Shown: positions 13,635 through 25,651 of the stretch, one piece after another
How the letters are laid out: every line of letters starts with the position of its first letter
Numbering within the stretch: position 1 is the stretch's first letter
Assembly: GCA_000934665.2 (NCBI GenBank)
Contig: KZ538702.1
Coordinates: 1 to 52,746 of the forward strand
Length of the DNA: 52,746 nt
From: Catajapyx aquilonaris
Taxonomy: Eukaryota
Direction of reading: 5' to 3'
Made by a program: the position numbers and the translations under genes
The notes under the pieces: model-generated
What the model was told of the DNA's origin: nothing
The model's database searches: none
The model's input: the letters and a program-made list of their open reading frames with translations, nothing else

Positions 13635-14299
13635 ATATTGATTATCCTGATGATTTTTATAGTTAGTGATTTCGTCCTTAATATTTTACCTATTTTGCAC
13701 AATAAAATCTGTCAACTTGTACTTGAGAGGATTTTGTAACTTTCACACACTATATAGTATAGCGTATAGGTAGAGGTGTCAATATTCTGCATAACTTCTT
13801 GAGAAAATATATACTTCCATTGAACTTATGAAGTCCTAAATATTGATTTCACATATTGAACATTGCAGTGATAGCAAGAGCTCTTGGTGATAGTAATTCC
13901 ATAAGTTCTGAATATAGGCTTACTGTACGCCTCATTCGCGAGGCACTTGCGTAAATCAGTTTCACCCATGGAACATCTACAGTATGACCACCCTTCGTGT
14001 CCATAATTTTCCTGAAGCTCGGAAAGTTTTCTCCAAACAAAGCCCTTAGCCAACTTGTAATCCCCACTCTTCAATTCACACGTGAAGGGAATTATCCCAC
14101 TTGTGTTCCATCCTCCTCCTCCACAGCACAGGCCTCCTTCATGGAATGATGTGCGATTGTTCCAGCAGTTGTCATGGCAGCCCTTCAAGAAAGCAATTTT
14201 CTGGTACGCTGGGCACGCACTGCTGGACAACTCCAAGGTTCTGAAATAAGGCCTGGGTCCTTTTTTCTCCGGAATGTATACCATCACGAGATCCAACCT

Positions 14300-14547
14300 A
14301 AGCTATAGACGCCACGCCACGGGTGTCCTCTACGCATTTTCTGACCAATTTATATTCTTTTGGAGTAAACAGTCTGACCTCCCTAGTCCAATATACTGTA
14401 TGCACCTATATAAACCCTACACGTTCCTGGAAGGACCGTGGGAAACCACAGAAAACCACGGTCAGAGTTGCCGGCCCCGAGATTTGATCCCAGGACCTCC
14501 CGATTAGCAGTCGGACACCGTATCCCCTACTCCAAACTGCTTCGGTC
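14300..14547 (-). mobile_element. tRNA-derived SINE relic with Nin-domain-like core
   Basis: The minus strand reads gaccgaagcagtttggagtagggga... (A-box-like), gggatcaaatctc (B-box-like), then ctgaccgtggttttctgtggtttcccacggtccttccagg, similar to invertebrate SINE cores. The 3' limit is approximate. Confidence 0.55.
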
Positions 14548-15132
14548 TTGTTTCATAAATACGAGGGTGAATCAAACGAAGATGTTTAAAGAGCCATCTA
14601 TAAGGCCTATTATTAATACCCTACTGTGAGGGCAACTCCTCCAACTGTGTACGGCTTACAGAATTGGGAGTGGTGTCAAAATTTATCCCGCTTTTTCTAT
14701 ATTTGCAAACATCTTTTGTTTTTTTGGAAACGGTGGCTAGCTAGGAACTTCGTAAAGCTCAAAAGAAGGGGAAAACTCAAAAAAAGGCCGATCTGAGGGG
14801 GCCTCTGCTCAATTATATCTGTGGGTACAATTTACAGTGGGGTACAAAAGAGATGCCCTTTTGAAACTCTACCGTGTATGGCTTAACACCAGAGGTCGCA
14901 ATATTTAGGACATGCTTATTTTTCTGAGAAGTTAGGATGTGTGGGATGGACAATAGCTGTGCAAAGATGGAGGTGCTCCTTCACAAAAGGTAGCCTACAA
15001 CCGGTATGGCACAAGGACATGTTACGCGATCTTGTGTACTGAAAATGACAAAGCCCGTAAAATTTTACTGTAGAAAGCATGAACAATATGGATCTGTCAC
15101 GTATCATATGTCTGTATAAGACTTATACATAT

Positions 15133-15177
15133 AAATGTTTTTCCACCACTTATACTATAAGTGGTGGAAAAACATTT
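15133..15177. repeat. Perfect inverted repeat, 22-bp arms with 1-nt spacer
   Basis: aaatgtttttccaccacttata-c-tataagtggtggaaaaacattt. Confidence 0.95.
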
Positions 15178-15179
15178 CA

Positions 15180-15182
<3 letters not shown>

Positions 15183-15231
<49 letters not shown>
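15183..15231. repeat. (GA)n microsatellite
   Basis: Directly visible. Confidence 0.97.
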
Positions 15232-15233
<2 letters not shown>

Positions 15234-16282
15234 CCATTTTGTTTGGTCTGGCGCGGTGCGTCAGTCGTACTGCTTTCAGTGTTTTAGGATTTTTTCTCAA
15301 CTCGCATGAAACTGGGAGATACTTGGAAGATCCATATTCTGTGTTTGCATTCTTCTATAAATTTAGATGGGTTTTGTCTCTTCGATGTATGATACAAAAC
15401 AAACAAAAAAAATCTGCTCCTCCTTGGTGCAGATCTGAAAGGTCACCGCTATCTACGCAGTTACTGTCCAGTTCACACTCCACCTATAGTCTAAGAGACT
15501 CTACACAAAAAGTGTCAGAAATGATAAGTATATAAGTCCACAAATCTTTCTGCCAAACTGTGTGTCCAAAAGGTATGCCATACATAATTTTATAGTAATG
15601 TTGATGGAAAGTCTACAGTACGTGACATGATTTTGTGTATTTTGTTGAGAAATAAATGGGGAGGAAGGGCTGCAGGGCCACATATTGGCTTAGTCGGTCC
15701 AGAATTTCCATATTAGTACGTGACGTGATCTTTTATTATTGCGGCACACATATAAGAATCAAAATGTCGGTCGGTACTGATTTATTAATAATGGAGATTT
15801 TGAATGTCTCGCGCACAAGTTCAGCTAACGACAGATTACACTATTGATTCGGACACGGGCTTAATAATGCGGTTTTCTTGTACAGAGTGTTTCAAAAATT
15901 TTCAAACTTTTAGAGTGAACCCCTGGGCAACAGAGCATCACTTTATACAGATGTGTCATTTTGGTCTCCGCAGCAAGATAATGATTTTAAAACACTCCAT
16001 ATAAAATCTACTGGGAGATATGATGCATTTCTCCAAGCTATTTTGTCTTTTTAATTTAAAATGTAGCTGTTACATACACGTACCATCAAATATTTGAGTT
16101 GACAAGGCTGATTAGGCGCAGAGATGTCAAAATTCCATTAGTTTTGTTTTCATTTTAACTGAAATCTCACTGGGTATATCGGGCTGTCTCCGAGGCGATG
16201 GAATTGTCGTATAAACTGAACACATGACATATAGGAATTGCTCTAATGCACCATGTGATTGACTAATTAGGTCGGTAATAAC

Positions 16283-17013
16283 TGTAGAGTCCAGATTTTT
16301 AGGCAAATGCCTATTTAATTCCTTGACAGTTGGGATCGTTTTGTGACGAGATCTAATCCGTTTCGTAAGTGCAGGACATGGAAAATGTAGGTTTTATATT
16401 AGTACCTAAAATTGTCTATTTCGTGGTTTTGGGAACTATTTTGCTTATTCTGCCTTTTTGCGACTTTTCGTGCCTATGTGGGATAGTTTTTGAACTTTTT
16501 AAAGGAATTTCGGGACTTTGTGGGCCTATTCCGGACCTATTCCTTCAGAGGAATGTTCAGTGGGGGTTTTTTCCGGAGTATTTTATGTGCTCCTGAAAGG
16601 ACCAAAATCGTTCAGAAGTAATGCGAATCATGTTACCGTGACGCGTATGCCAAATATTTTTCTAAATTTTCCTCTGATTGAAACATCAGAGGAAAATTTA
16701 GAAAAATATTTCGCAACATATCGTGCAAGCGGAAAAATGGTTATAAGCGGTAGAGTCCAGAGCAAGTGATACTTGCTTGCACTTTATATCTTTCCCCCAA
16801 GGTTTGTGATTTCCTGTCAGTTTATCGTTGTTATTCGGTTTTTGCTCTGGTTTGTGACCTTATATTATACTTTAGGCCTATAAAATTATTCAAGTTTTTT
16901 ATTTTCTGTAACGTTATCCTCCATACGCCCGCAAAAGTAAAATTCTTGAGCCTATTCGACGTTTTTCGTGCCTATTCCGGGTTTTTTTCGTGTGTAAAAA
17001 TCCGGACTCTATA
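16283..17013. mobile_element. Non-autonomous TIR element with 8-bp TSD (hAT/P-like), 731 bp
   Basis: TIR tgtagagtccagattttta / taaaaatccggactctata. Flanks gtaataac (16275-16282) and gtaatgac (17014-17021). Recurrent internal cctatt(cc) motifs. Confidence 0.72.
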
Positions 17014-20000
17014 GTAATGACGCAGGTGAAACCAACTGTCATCTCTATAGTATAGAGTATAATGGGGTACAGGATTTGATCATAGAAGCTTGTCTGATTC
17101 GTTACGCAACTACCTTTATACCTAGTGGCCTAGTGGGTGTTATTATGCTTTATAAGCTGAAAATATATCATGTAGGATGATGAAATACAGTACAAGCGGA
17201 TTATTGTCTACAAAAGCGGCACGTGTGGCGTGACATTTAAGCTTGACACTGACGACAAACCCGTGCGTTTATTTTGGAACGAAAGTATTCATATTACGAA
17301 AAGGTAATCCTGAGAGAAACCTATGGGGTTTCACTTTCCCGTTTCCAGGAGGCTTCAAACTACGCTATAGAAAATAACTTATTTCCATAACTCAAAATAA
17401 GCCGTTCTATTCCATCAGGCACAAAGTAAATGTATTTTATTTATTTATTTATTTGTGTTATTGTTGTTATTGTTGTTGTTATCATCATCAGCATCATCAG
17501 CATCATCATGTTGTTGTTGTAGGCCTACTCTCATGATATCCTGGAAGCGACAAAGCACCAGTCTCCCCAATTCCTACGAAATCTGACAATCACCCAATTC
17601 CTAGAAAGGCAGAAAATAATAAGGGTGTGACATCGTTACCTGTCGCTGTTTCTTGGACTTGAACGTGTTTGAAGAATTGAATCCGCATCGTCTCACAGTT
17701 CTGGGAGGCTGCAATTAGTTGGACACAACCCATCGTTCCGACCTTCGCCCTTTGGCTCGTCACTCTCGAGAGCGTCGAAAAAAACACGATGCAAAAAGAA
17801 GTCTGCAAAGATTGGATAATACATCCTAAGGGAAAGGTTTGCCAAAGTTTGTCCTATTCCGCATTTCTACACGGGGCTTAGCTTCACTTCCAAAGTGACG
17901 TAACTCGTGCACACCGCCTCTCTCGTGCGGTGCGTCTCAGCCAGTGTGCAAATGAGTTTTCCATACACGCAGATTGAATCTGGGGGCTTCAAGCAATTTC
18001 CTGAAGGAGACATTATGCTGTCCGTATTCCAAAATATATGGAGTCGCTCCAGGGTAAGAAAAAAAACCGGAGTTTCTCCTTTGATCCTTGCTGGTACTTT
18101 GGGAAGCGATAAACCCTTCCCAACGATCAACAATAGCTTTCTTTAGCTTCGGATATTAATAGAGCGGCATATGGCGGCAACGTGCGCGCATGTACTTTTT
18201 TAAACTCCCCACTAAAGCCACTGTATACAGTCATCGTATTTGCGGCATGTAATCTTGGGAGACCCTCCTTATCACAAAACAGAAGTTACACCCTCCCAAA
18301 AGACGTCATAGAAAGAGTGGACGACGCTTCTAACGCACCTGTTGTGCAGTTAGGAAGGTTGAACCGCAAAAAAAAATTATTAGAGATAGCACAATCTGTG
18401 CCACTTGAACTGGCCCAATTGCTAATCAAGTACGTCGACTTTATTAAAGTTGTCAGGTTCAGGTGACAGGCGACTCGATGAAAATACGAGTAGGCCCTAT
18501 ATCTAATAATTTTTCGGGACCTAGTTTGAAAGGAGGTCAAAAGCATATAGGGGGGATAAATAGTGATGGATTGTAGGAGCGGGACCCAGGCCAAAGTGAC
18601 ATCCAAAAAGATGGGCACAAAGCTTCCGCTACTGACTGGCTAGAGGGGGTGTTATGGTGGGGGGAGCTTCAAAGACTCTTCCTCCATTTCGAAAGTTGCG
18701 GTTAACACGTCTGGTTCACCTGCCACGAGTATGGGTGTGTGTGTGTGTGTGTGAGAGAGAGGGAGTATAGGGTTGGGTCATTTTTAGCGGGAGTTATTTC
18801 CAACTTCCTGGATGTTACAACATGCCACATGCACCGACGTGAGTGTGGGCAAATTTCAACCATTCCTAATCAAGATGCACTCTGTGGAAGTCGGATGTTT
18901 ATACGAGTTGTCTCTTTCTCCCAAACTATTGTAGTTTGGGCGGCATGTAAACCTGTCTGTCGCCAACTGCTCCATTTGTGCTCTCCTTTGCCCACTTTTT
19001 TTTGTACCGACTGAAACTTCTGAGCGGACTCTCTTGTTGAAAAGGTCACTTCACTCAGGAAACGGTCCAGCAGGCGTCGAATTTGTTGATTTCTACAAAG
19101 TAAGGTCTGCCTGTCATGTCCTGACGAGCACTATACTTCTTCCAGCAGTAGAAAAGCTCTCGACCCAAGACAACAACCACTCCACTTATTCTCTACCTAA
19201 TGCACATGTTTTCTGAGTACCAAAAAAGGAACGGATTCCCCAATTGCTATGTCCATTTTTCAAAATTTGGTACAAGTCGTAGAACCCTACTGAAAAAAAA
19301 ACGTGTGTTAAAATATTAGGCACAAGCATGGCGAAAGATAGGCTTACCGCCAACAAAAATCGTTCGCATCCGGCAGTGGTAAGCCGGATAGACGGAAACA
19401 GATACCCCACGCTTGACGAGCAGTCGAGATACGGTACCCAAAATCTGAATTCAACAACAAGTCACTGTCTCCGGAAGTTATATTTTTTTTGGAAGGTCCA
19501 CAGGCTTTTACCTATTCATTCCGTATTTTGGCCAGATCCTGGGTGCGACAAGTAGGCCTACAATATTGTCAGCTGAAACAAATGCTGTTGCAATGATTTG
19601 TTTCCCAAGCTTCAAATCCTGAACACTATATTGTAAACGGATTTCCTCAGCGCAAATTCGGTACCTATTGTTGCACAGGATAACAAGCATGAAACGAAAA
19701 TTGAATAGGAGTGTATGAACCGAGCGGCGATGACTTAATGAGGTTAAACTTGGCTCTTGGAGTGATCGATCAATTGCAGTATTGATCGGCAGCCATAATT
19801 CAACGAGAGGAAGAGGAAAGTTTGCCCATGAGACTGCAAGAATAGGCCGATACAACATTTTATTTATATTTCCCCAGTTCCTTCTCTCTACTGCTTTTTA
19901 GGACACTTGTCGGCAACATGTCCACGCTATGCAGGTACACAGTTATGGCCACAAGATAAACAGGCCGGGGCAGATCCAATACACACCTGACATGTAAATG

Positions 20001-21342
20001 ATTGCCAGCTAATTCCAAGTTGAAACGTGAAGCGAGCGATTAACATGGTGCAATATTTGCTCCCGAATGGAGGCAGAGGCTGCAATCAAAGGCCGGCGCA
20101 GACCATTGGGCATATAAAATAGGAAGCTCGAGGGCAACTGACAAGTTTACAGGTGAATCGATGCCATATTCATCCGGATGGTCATCATGGGCGTCAGATA
20201 TTCCACCGGGGGGAAATATATAACAAAGGAGGCGAGAATGGGATGTAGTGGAAATGAGCCTGGCCGCCTTTTTTTCCATAACCATACCGAGTCCGGGAAG
20301 AGCCTCGACAATTTAATTAGGAGCATTATCAGAGCCACGTTGGAAGGGTGCTGCTTATGAAGCTCTTCAGCAAACTGAATGTGGGGCCAAGTGTGATGGC
20401 TAGGTTTTGCACATGAGTGAGGCGGTATTAAAGAGGTGGTGATGTGGATTGCGCAGAAGACGACGGTGGAAAACCGCTGATGGGACGAAATGAGACACGC
20501 GCAGGTATAGTAGTGCACGTACAGTACGATGGAGTGAGTGAGTGGGAGGTGGGGAGACTGGGGTGCATGCGGGCTGCCAGCCAGACACTCCGACAGTCGG
20601 CCACAAGACTTGGCCAAGAAAGGAAGTGCTTCATCTCGTCTCTGGTAAGCATTGCTCTTCCTACCGCTCCATATAGTTGATCCATTGGCAGCACCTGTGT
20701 CAGAGTTACGGCGACCCGACCATAAAGGCCCCGCGCCAATGTATCTCATCATCCACAATTATTCAAAAGCTAATCAAGAACAAGAATTTACATTTACTTG
20801 GCTTTACATTGGCAGCACCCAAGTCTCTAGGAAGGTTAGGCTCAGCAATGTGCACAGTTCGATGTCACGTAAGTAGTGCCGGCCTGTGCCTTTGCTGGGG
20901 TCGTGAGATGGGTTTAAAAGAAAAGAGAGTGGGTTCTATCGTCGTGTTTGGGTGCGAGAGTTGCATGCAAGAAAATTCGTGATAAAATAGAATTTTCTCT
21001 CTTATCGTGGGCGCTGTTCTGAAGAAGACGTGCACCTTATTTATAATACGGGGTGTGGCTTCCTTTCCTCTCTCCAACTTTTTGGCAGGGACTCTTGCCC
21101 AGAAATAGGCCACTTGCACACCCCGAAAGACCTCTTCCAACTCACAAGCCAAAGGATCCGCGATATATATTTTTTCCATTAGTGATGCATGACCAACGTG
21201 ACCCCCGGAGAGAGATTTTGAACATGTGGTAACTATCGGCAGGTGAACAACGCCGGATGCAGCGCAACAAGAATAGAAGCGTGGAGTGAAGCGGACGTAC
21301 GCCGAGACGAAGAACAGATTCTAGGTGCGTGTTGAGTAGGCG

Positions 21343-21542
21343 ATGACAATGGTGGAGCGCGAAGAGCAGTTGAGGAGCTTGGGCTCCCAAAAGGGTCGCT
21401 CTGCCTCCATCTGTGTGGGTGCTTGTTCCAGCATGGAATCAGTCATGGCACCAGGGCAGCAGCAGCAGCAACCCATGCATTCATCTGCTCGCATGGGTTC
21501 CAGAGGAACTATGGAAGAAGGGTCAGCCAGCTCTACACCAAG
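21343..21542 (+). CDS. Rgk: RGK GTPase candidate first coding exon (MTMVEREEQLRSLGSQKGRSASICVG...QQQQQ...SASSTP-R)
   Basis: ATG at 21343 (second ATG acaATGg at 21349) follows an in-frame TAG at 21337. The donor CCAAG|gttcgt at 21543 is phase 2, matching the phase-2 acceptor at 21712/21713. Short poly-Q at 21457-21471. Confidence 0.62.
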
Positions 21543-21712
21543 GTTCGTACCACTCAAGTCCATACATATAGCAATGCTTCCAAATGTTGCGGCAAACATT
21601 TAACTTTTATTAAATGCGGAGAGTGTTGAAATGCTTTAATTAGGTGCTGAGGTGAGTCGGAAGAATTGCTGATTTTGAATAGCCAAATAAGCTACAACGG
21701 CTAATCTTACAG

Positions 21713-22236
21713 GAGCCGCCGTCGTGTCGGGGCAGCCAGATCACAGAGTGCTCGAGTAGTCGGGTCCCGACCGAGAGTGAACAAGCGTAGAAGCGAAAGA
21801 CAGCAATCACCACATCTAGATTTGGCTGGTAGCGAGCCGTATATTGGCGAGGCGGAAGAGTCGTACAATCCGTTCCTGCGCAAGGTGCCCAGCACTGGCC
21901 GTCTCCTGGGCGAAAATCAGAGTCCTGAAGACAGCCCCGTGGCGGCCCGAAGACCATCCAGCATGGCCCTAACCAGAGAGAAACCTCCCGTTATTCCGGT
22001 GATCGCCACACCCGAGAGCTCACCAGCCCCGTCCCGCAGACCATCTTCAGCTCTGCCCACATCCCCCTGCCGCCTGCCTCCGACAGGCCTCCATGACCAC
22101 AAACGGGCCAACTCTTTCAAGAACAACTCACGCAAGCCCAGCTACCTAGATGTCCCCGACGGAGGAAACCATCACAACGGGCATCCCGAAGATGAGGCAT
22201 ATCTGCTGCGCTCATTCAGTTTCACCTCCAAAGGTG
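21713..22236 (+). CDS. Rgk: RGK GTPase exon, Ser/Pro/Arg-rich N-terminal extension (SRRRVGAARSQSAR...EAYLLRSFSFTSKG)
   Basis: The acceptor ctaatcttacag|G lies just after an in-frame TAA (21702). The frame is open and GC-rich up to the strong donor GGTG|gtaagt at 22237 (phase 1). The end motif LRSFSFTSKG continues into GVINRGDSF of the next exon. Confidence 0.85.
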
Positions 22237-25200
22237 GTAAGTTCTGGCACGCATCATGCATGAAAGTAGCAGAAGTCACTCAGAGTGGCCTGGTAGTCGA
22301 TAGGGTTTCAATCGGACCATCCTCTATCTGGTTAGAGTTGTTCGATTGAATGCCAGTACCAGCTGACCGGTTCACGACTGCATGGATCGAACCGACGGTC
22401 AAATGGCTGGAACACATTTGAAGTTGAGGGGACTCCCTGGGGGCCAGAATCCTTAAGTGTTTTCCAGCCGGCATGCATTGCTGGTACATATGCTCCGGAA
22501 ACTTGTAACTGCCAGTGCACCTGCACAAACAGCCTCATAATGTTCTTACGAGCCTTTCCCACCAGCCTTGACTGCCAGAGAAAGTCAAAGACTAAACACT
22601 GGTGTAAAAGGCAAGCGAAACACTGAGAATGCGAAATTTTGCTTTTGGCAGAGTAGTGTCAGGGTTGAAAGGACGGTATAGTCTATAGGGTAGCCATTCG
22701 TGCAGCTTGGCTAGAACAGGAACGGTAAGGCCTGTAAGAGTCGTAAAAGCTAATTGCCGGCCGAGTAAGAATCAGGAAGGCGGGTTTTTAGAGTGCAGCC
22801 TTTTACCAGCATGTGCTTCTCGATCACGCAACACCTCTATCCATAGGCCTACGGTCTCACTCCTCTGGAACGAAAATTGCTCCACGTCATTTCGCAGCCG
22901 TAAGCAAAGTGGGAGGAACATTTTCATTCTTTCTCCAGATCACTATTATTAGACGTGAGCCTTCAAGTCACTATTCTATATGAGTAGCAACGCTGTACAG
23001 GAAGGATTAGTATACCTCCGGTTCTATACTGCACTTGAGCTGGTACGGAAGGGGTCATGCAACTTTACTACGCGGTTTTATTGCGTGATGACACGAATCT
23101 TGCACACCGGGGCTATTTTAGTTCATTGCATCATTTGCCACCTTGCATAGAGGCGCCACATCAGTAAAACTAGGGGTGGGTGGTGTACAAAAAAGAAATC
23201 TCACGATCGAAGTTTTCTGCGACCAATTCCATCCGCGGTTTCATTAGTTGACTGTGAAAAGTAGAACATCTTGGATACTTGCCCAGGGCTAAGCTTCCTC
23301 GAGAGCCATCTTTTTTTTCTTGTATAAAATGTCAGAGGGGCCTCTCTGGCGCCAGATACACACGCCTGTGGGCCGGCCCCGTGTTGCCGCACCATTATAC
23401 AGCAGCCCAAGCAAAAATGGCTTTAAAAATACCTCCTCCCGTCTCGTCTCCCACTTGTCCCCAACATTACACAATACGTTAAAAATGCGCAACCGAATGA
23501 ACTTGATGGCCATCCCGACTGGAAATGATGGCCGTGCAACTCATCGCTTAGTGTAACAGATTATGAAACGGGCGGGTCATTTTCCAGCACGCAAAATGAT
23601 TCCAGAGCTTCTTCAAGTGCGATTAGGAATGCAAATGGGACCCCTCCGGGTTGTGATTAACTACGAGCAATTAGGTAGTGTGCATCGTTCCGTATCCGGG
23701 CTCCAATTTACGGAAATGCCTCAACGTTTAGAAAGGCTCTTTCGTATAGCAAAGAATCCGGCTCAGGTGGGGTCCCCCTCATCCAAAATCCTTTTCAGGA
23801 GTTACTTTCACGCCCCAAAGACATCGAGGGTTTGGTAGTGGTGAACAAGTCGAATTTCCTGAAGGTTAAACTACCGACGTAGAATTTTCATTTCTTTGCG
23901 CAATGTCTGGCGAAACGCCATTCATTCTGCCATATATAGGCAGCATCATGGAACCGAGAGGAAAGAAAGGCTTCTTTCATATCGACAGTGCACTTTTGGG
24001 TTCTCACCATTTGCTCGAAACACCCGGTATCGGCATCTTTCATCCCGACCAGACACAGAAAGCATCTTCCCTTTGTGTTTCACGCACAGAAACTAACTAG
24101 GTGGCCATCTTAGTTCTTTGAAATTGCGAAATGGGGGAGGCCTGCATTGCAGAGGAAACTCTTATTTGGGCCTGCCTTTTTGCTACTTTTTGACTTGTTT
24201 TTTGGCTTCTGGTCGTTGTGGGCAACTGCAGATGTCTAGACGAAATCCAAAAGCAGGCGGGGGATAGGGAAATATTTATAATGGGTGGGCCAGAAGCAGG
24301 CCAGCAGGCACATTCTGGTCTTCTTGGCCGCCATTTCCAGCTGGACTTGAGCCATTTTTAACCCGCTAGATTGCGCCATCTTTTTCTCGCCAAACCACCG
24401 ACCCACAAAGGAAAAAGTCTCGAATGTCGGCTTTCCGCAGGCATGTCTTGTTGAAGCTGCCACATTATTACAGTGACAATGGCTGGCCTAACTTGGCACC
24501 TACTCATCCATCACAAGCAGTGTCACTTTTCGTTTTCCACTACACTTTTCAATCGAGAGTTAAGCTGTTATGTAAGGTACTGCTTTCGGTTACGATAACA
24601 GTTGTCTGAAAAATGATAACTCCATACAGATAGCGCGAAATCTGTCCATAGAAAAATCGATATATTCCGCGAAAATTTTGCGTAATAGGCCACTTTCTGC
24701 TATGTCGGACAATAGTAAACTACGAAAATAATCAATGAAGCATTAACGTACCTTCGAATTGATGCCCTCCGAGTCTGTGAGGCAGATTTTGCTATATACG
24801 ACAAAAATACTAGGCCGGGAAATCGTACCTCGCTGCAATTTCCGCAGTGCACATAGCAGGTTTCACTCTATTAAAAATACCATCCAAAAAACTGACAGGG
24901 GAAAAATACGAGACCATTAAGATGTACTGACACGACGGTCATGCCTCCTCCACGAATGAGTTATTAGCCCCATGCTGCACACTTGTAACGGGGCGTCCTG
25001 AAATTATTATGAAGTTTTCACACTATGGCAAGCGTTATGTTGAAAACGTTAAAAAGAATTTTGCCCGGTGTTTGAAAGACATAATATTGTTTACTATTTC
25101 GTTCCAAACAAATGACCTCGACTTGTGTAACATGACCCTTTTGCATATAGAGCAATACAAGATGGTTCACTATCCAAGTTACCAGTTCAACTGAAGGGAT

Positions 25201-25280
25201 AAGTGCTGAATATGTTGCAAATTCTTGACTCCAGCAACCAGTTTAGAGAAGCAACAATCAGGGGAAACATTCACTCGGAA

Positions 25281-25398
25281 ACACTGGGTGGAATTTTCGT
25301 CCCACTGCTAGTTACTGCTAACTTAGCAGTACCAGTGTTGGCAATGGTACTGCTAAGTTAGCAATAACTAGCAGAGAGACGAAAATTCCACCCACTGT
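25281..25398. mobile_element. Fold-back mini-MITE / hairpin (~118 bp) in RGK intron 2
   Basis: Arms of ~50 bp (tgggtggaattttcgtcccactgctagttactgctaacttagcagtacca and a near-exact reverse complement ending gacgaaaattccaccca) with a ~10-nt loop. No clear TSD. Confidence 0.75.
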
Positions 25399-25480
25399 CA
25401 TCAGTACCATACTTTGCACCATTCCTCTTCTTGAACTTGGCACTCTGGCAATACCTGTATACGCTACAACCTTAATTCTC

Positions 25481-25651
25481 GGGAAGGACTTTCATAATCG
25501 GAGACCGAACGTAGCAGGGGTAGGCCACGCTGCACCAACCTACCCCATGACCTAACCTTCCTTCCAAGCGGTTACACGCCTATCCTTCAGCAGATACATG
25601 CCTAGGAAAGTAGGTAAAAGTTCGGGGTCTCCGGTGATGAAAGCGTAGCCG
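25481..25651. mobile_element. Small MITE-like element
   Basis: Inverted repeat ctttcataatcggagaccgaac / gttcggggtctccggtgatgaaag, flanked by direct ATTCTC (25475-25480, 25652-25657), with an internal cctaacc motif. Confidence 0.55.

Larger units (their letters stand above)
14562..15452 (-). mobile_element. Decayed mariner transposon (transposase pseudogene fragments plus one TIR)
   Basis: TA+cgagggtgaatcaaacgaa TIR at 14560. Minus-strand peptides ICTKEEQ (15434-15414), KPI*IYRRMQTQ, SSTTDAPRQ, Y..APSD (~14790-14815) and KFLASHRFQ occur in the order expected for a mariner transposase (CTKEEQRSVIRFL...YSPDLAPSD...LKxFLxGxRF), with stops and frameshifts. Confidence 0.55.

Noticed and set aside
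20147..20758. 203-aa minus-strand ORF
   Set aside because: No recognisable domain or coding-like composition; long chance ORFs are expected in this GC-richer block.
21777..22349. 190-aa ORF as a stand-alone gene
   Set aside because: It starts at GTG and runs past a strong donor; it is better explained as RGK exon 21713-22236.
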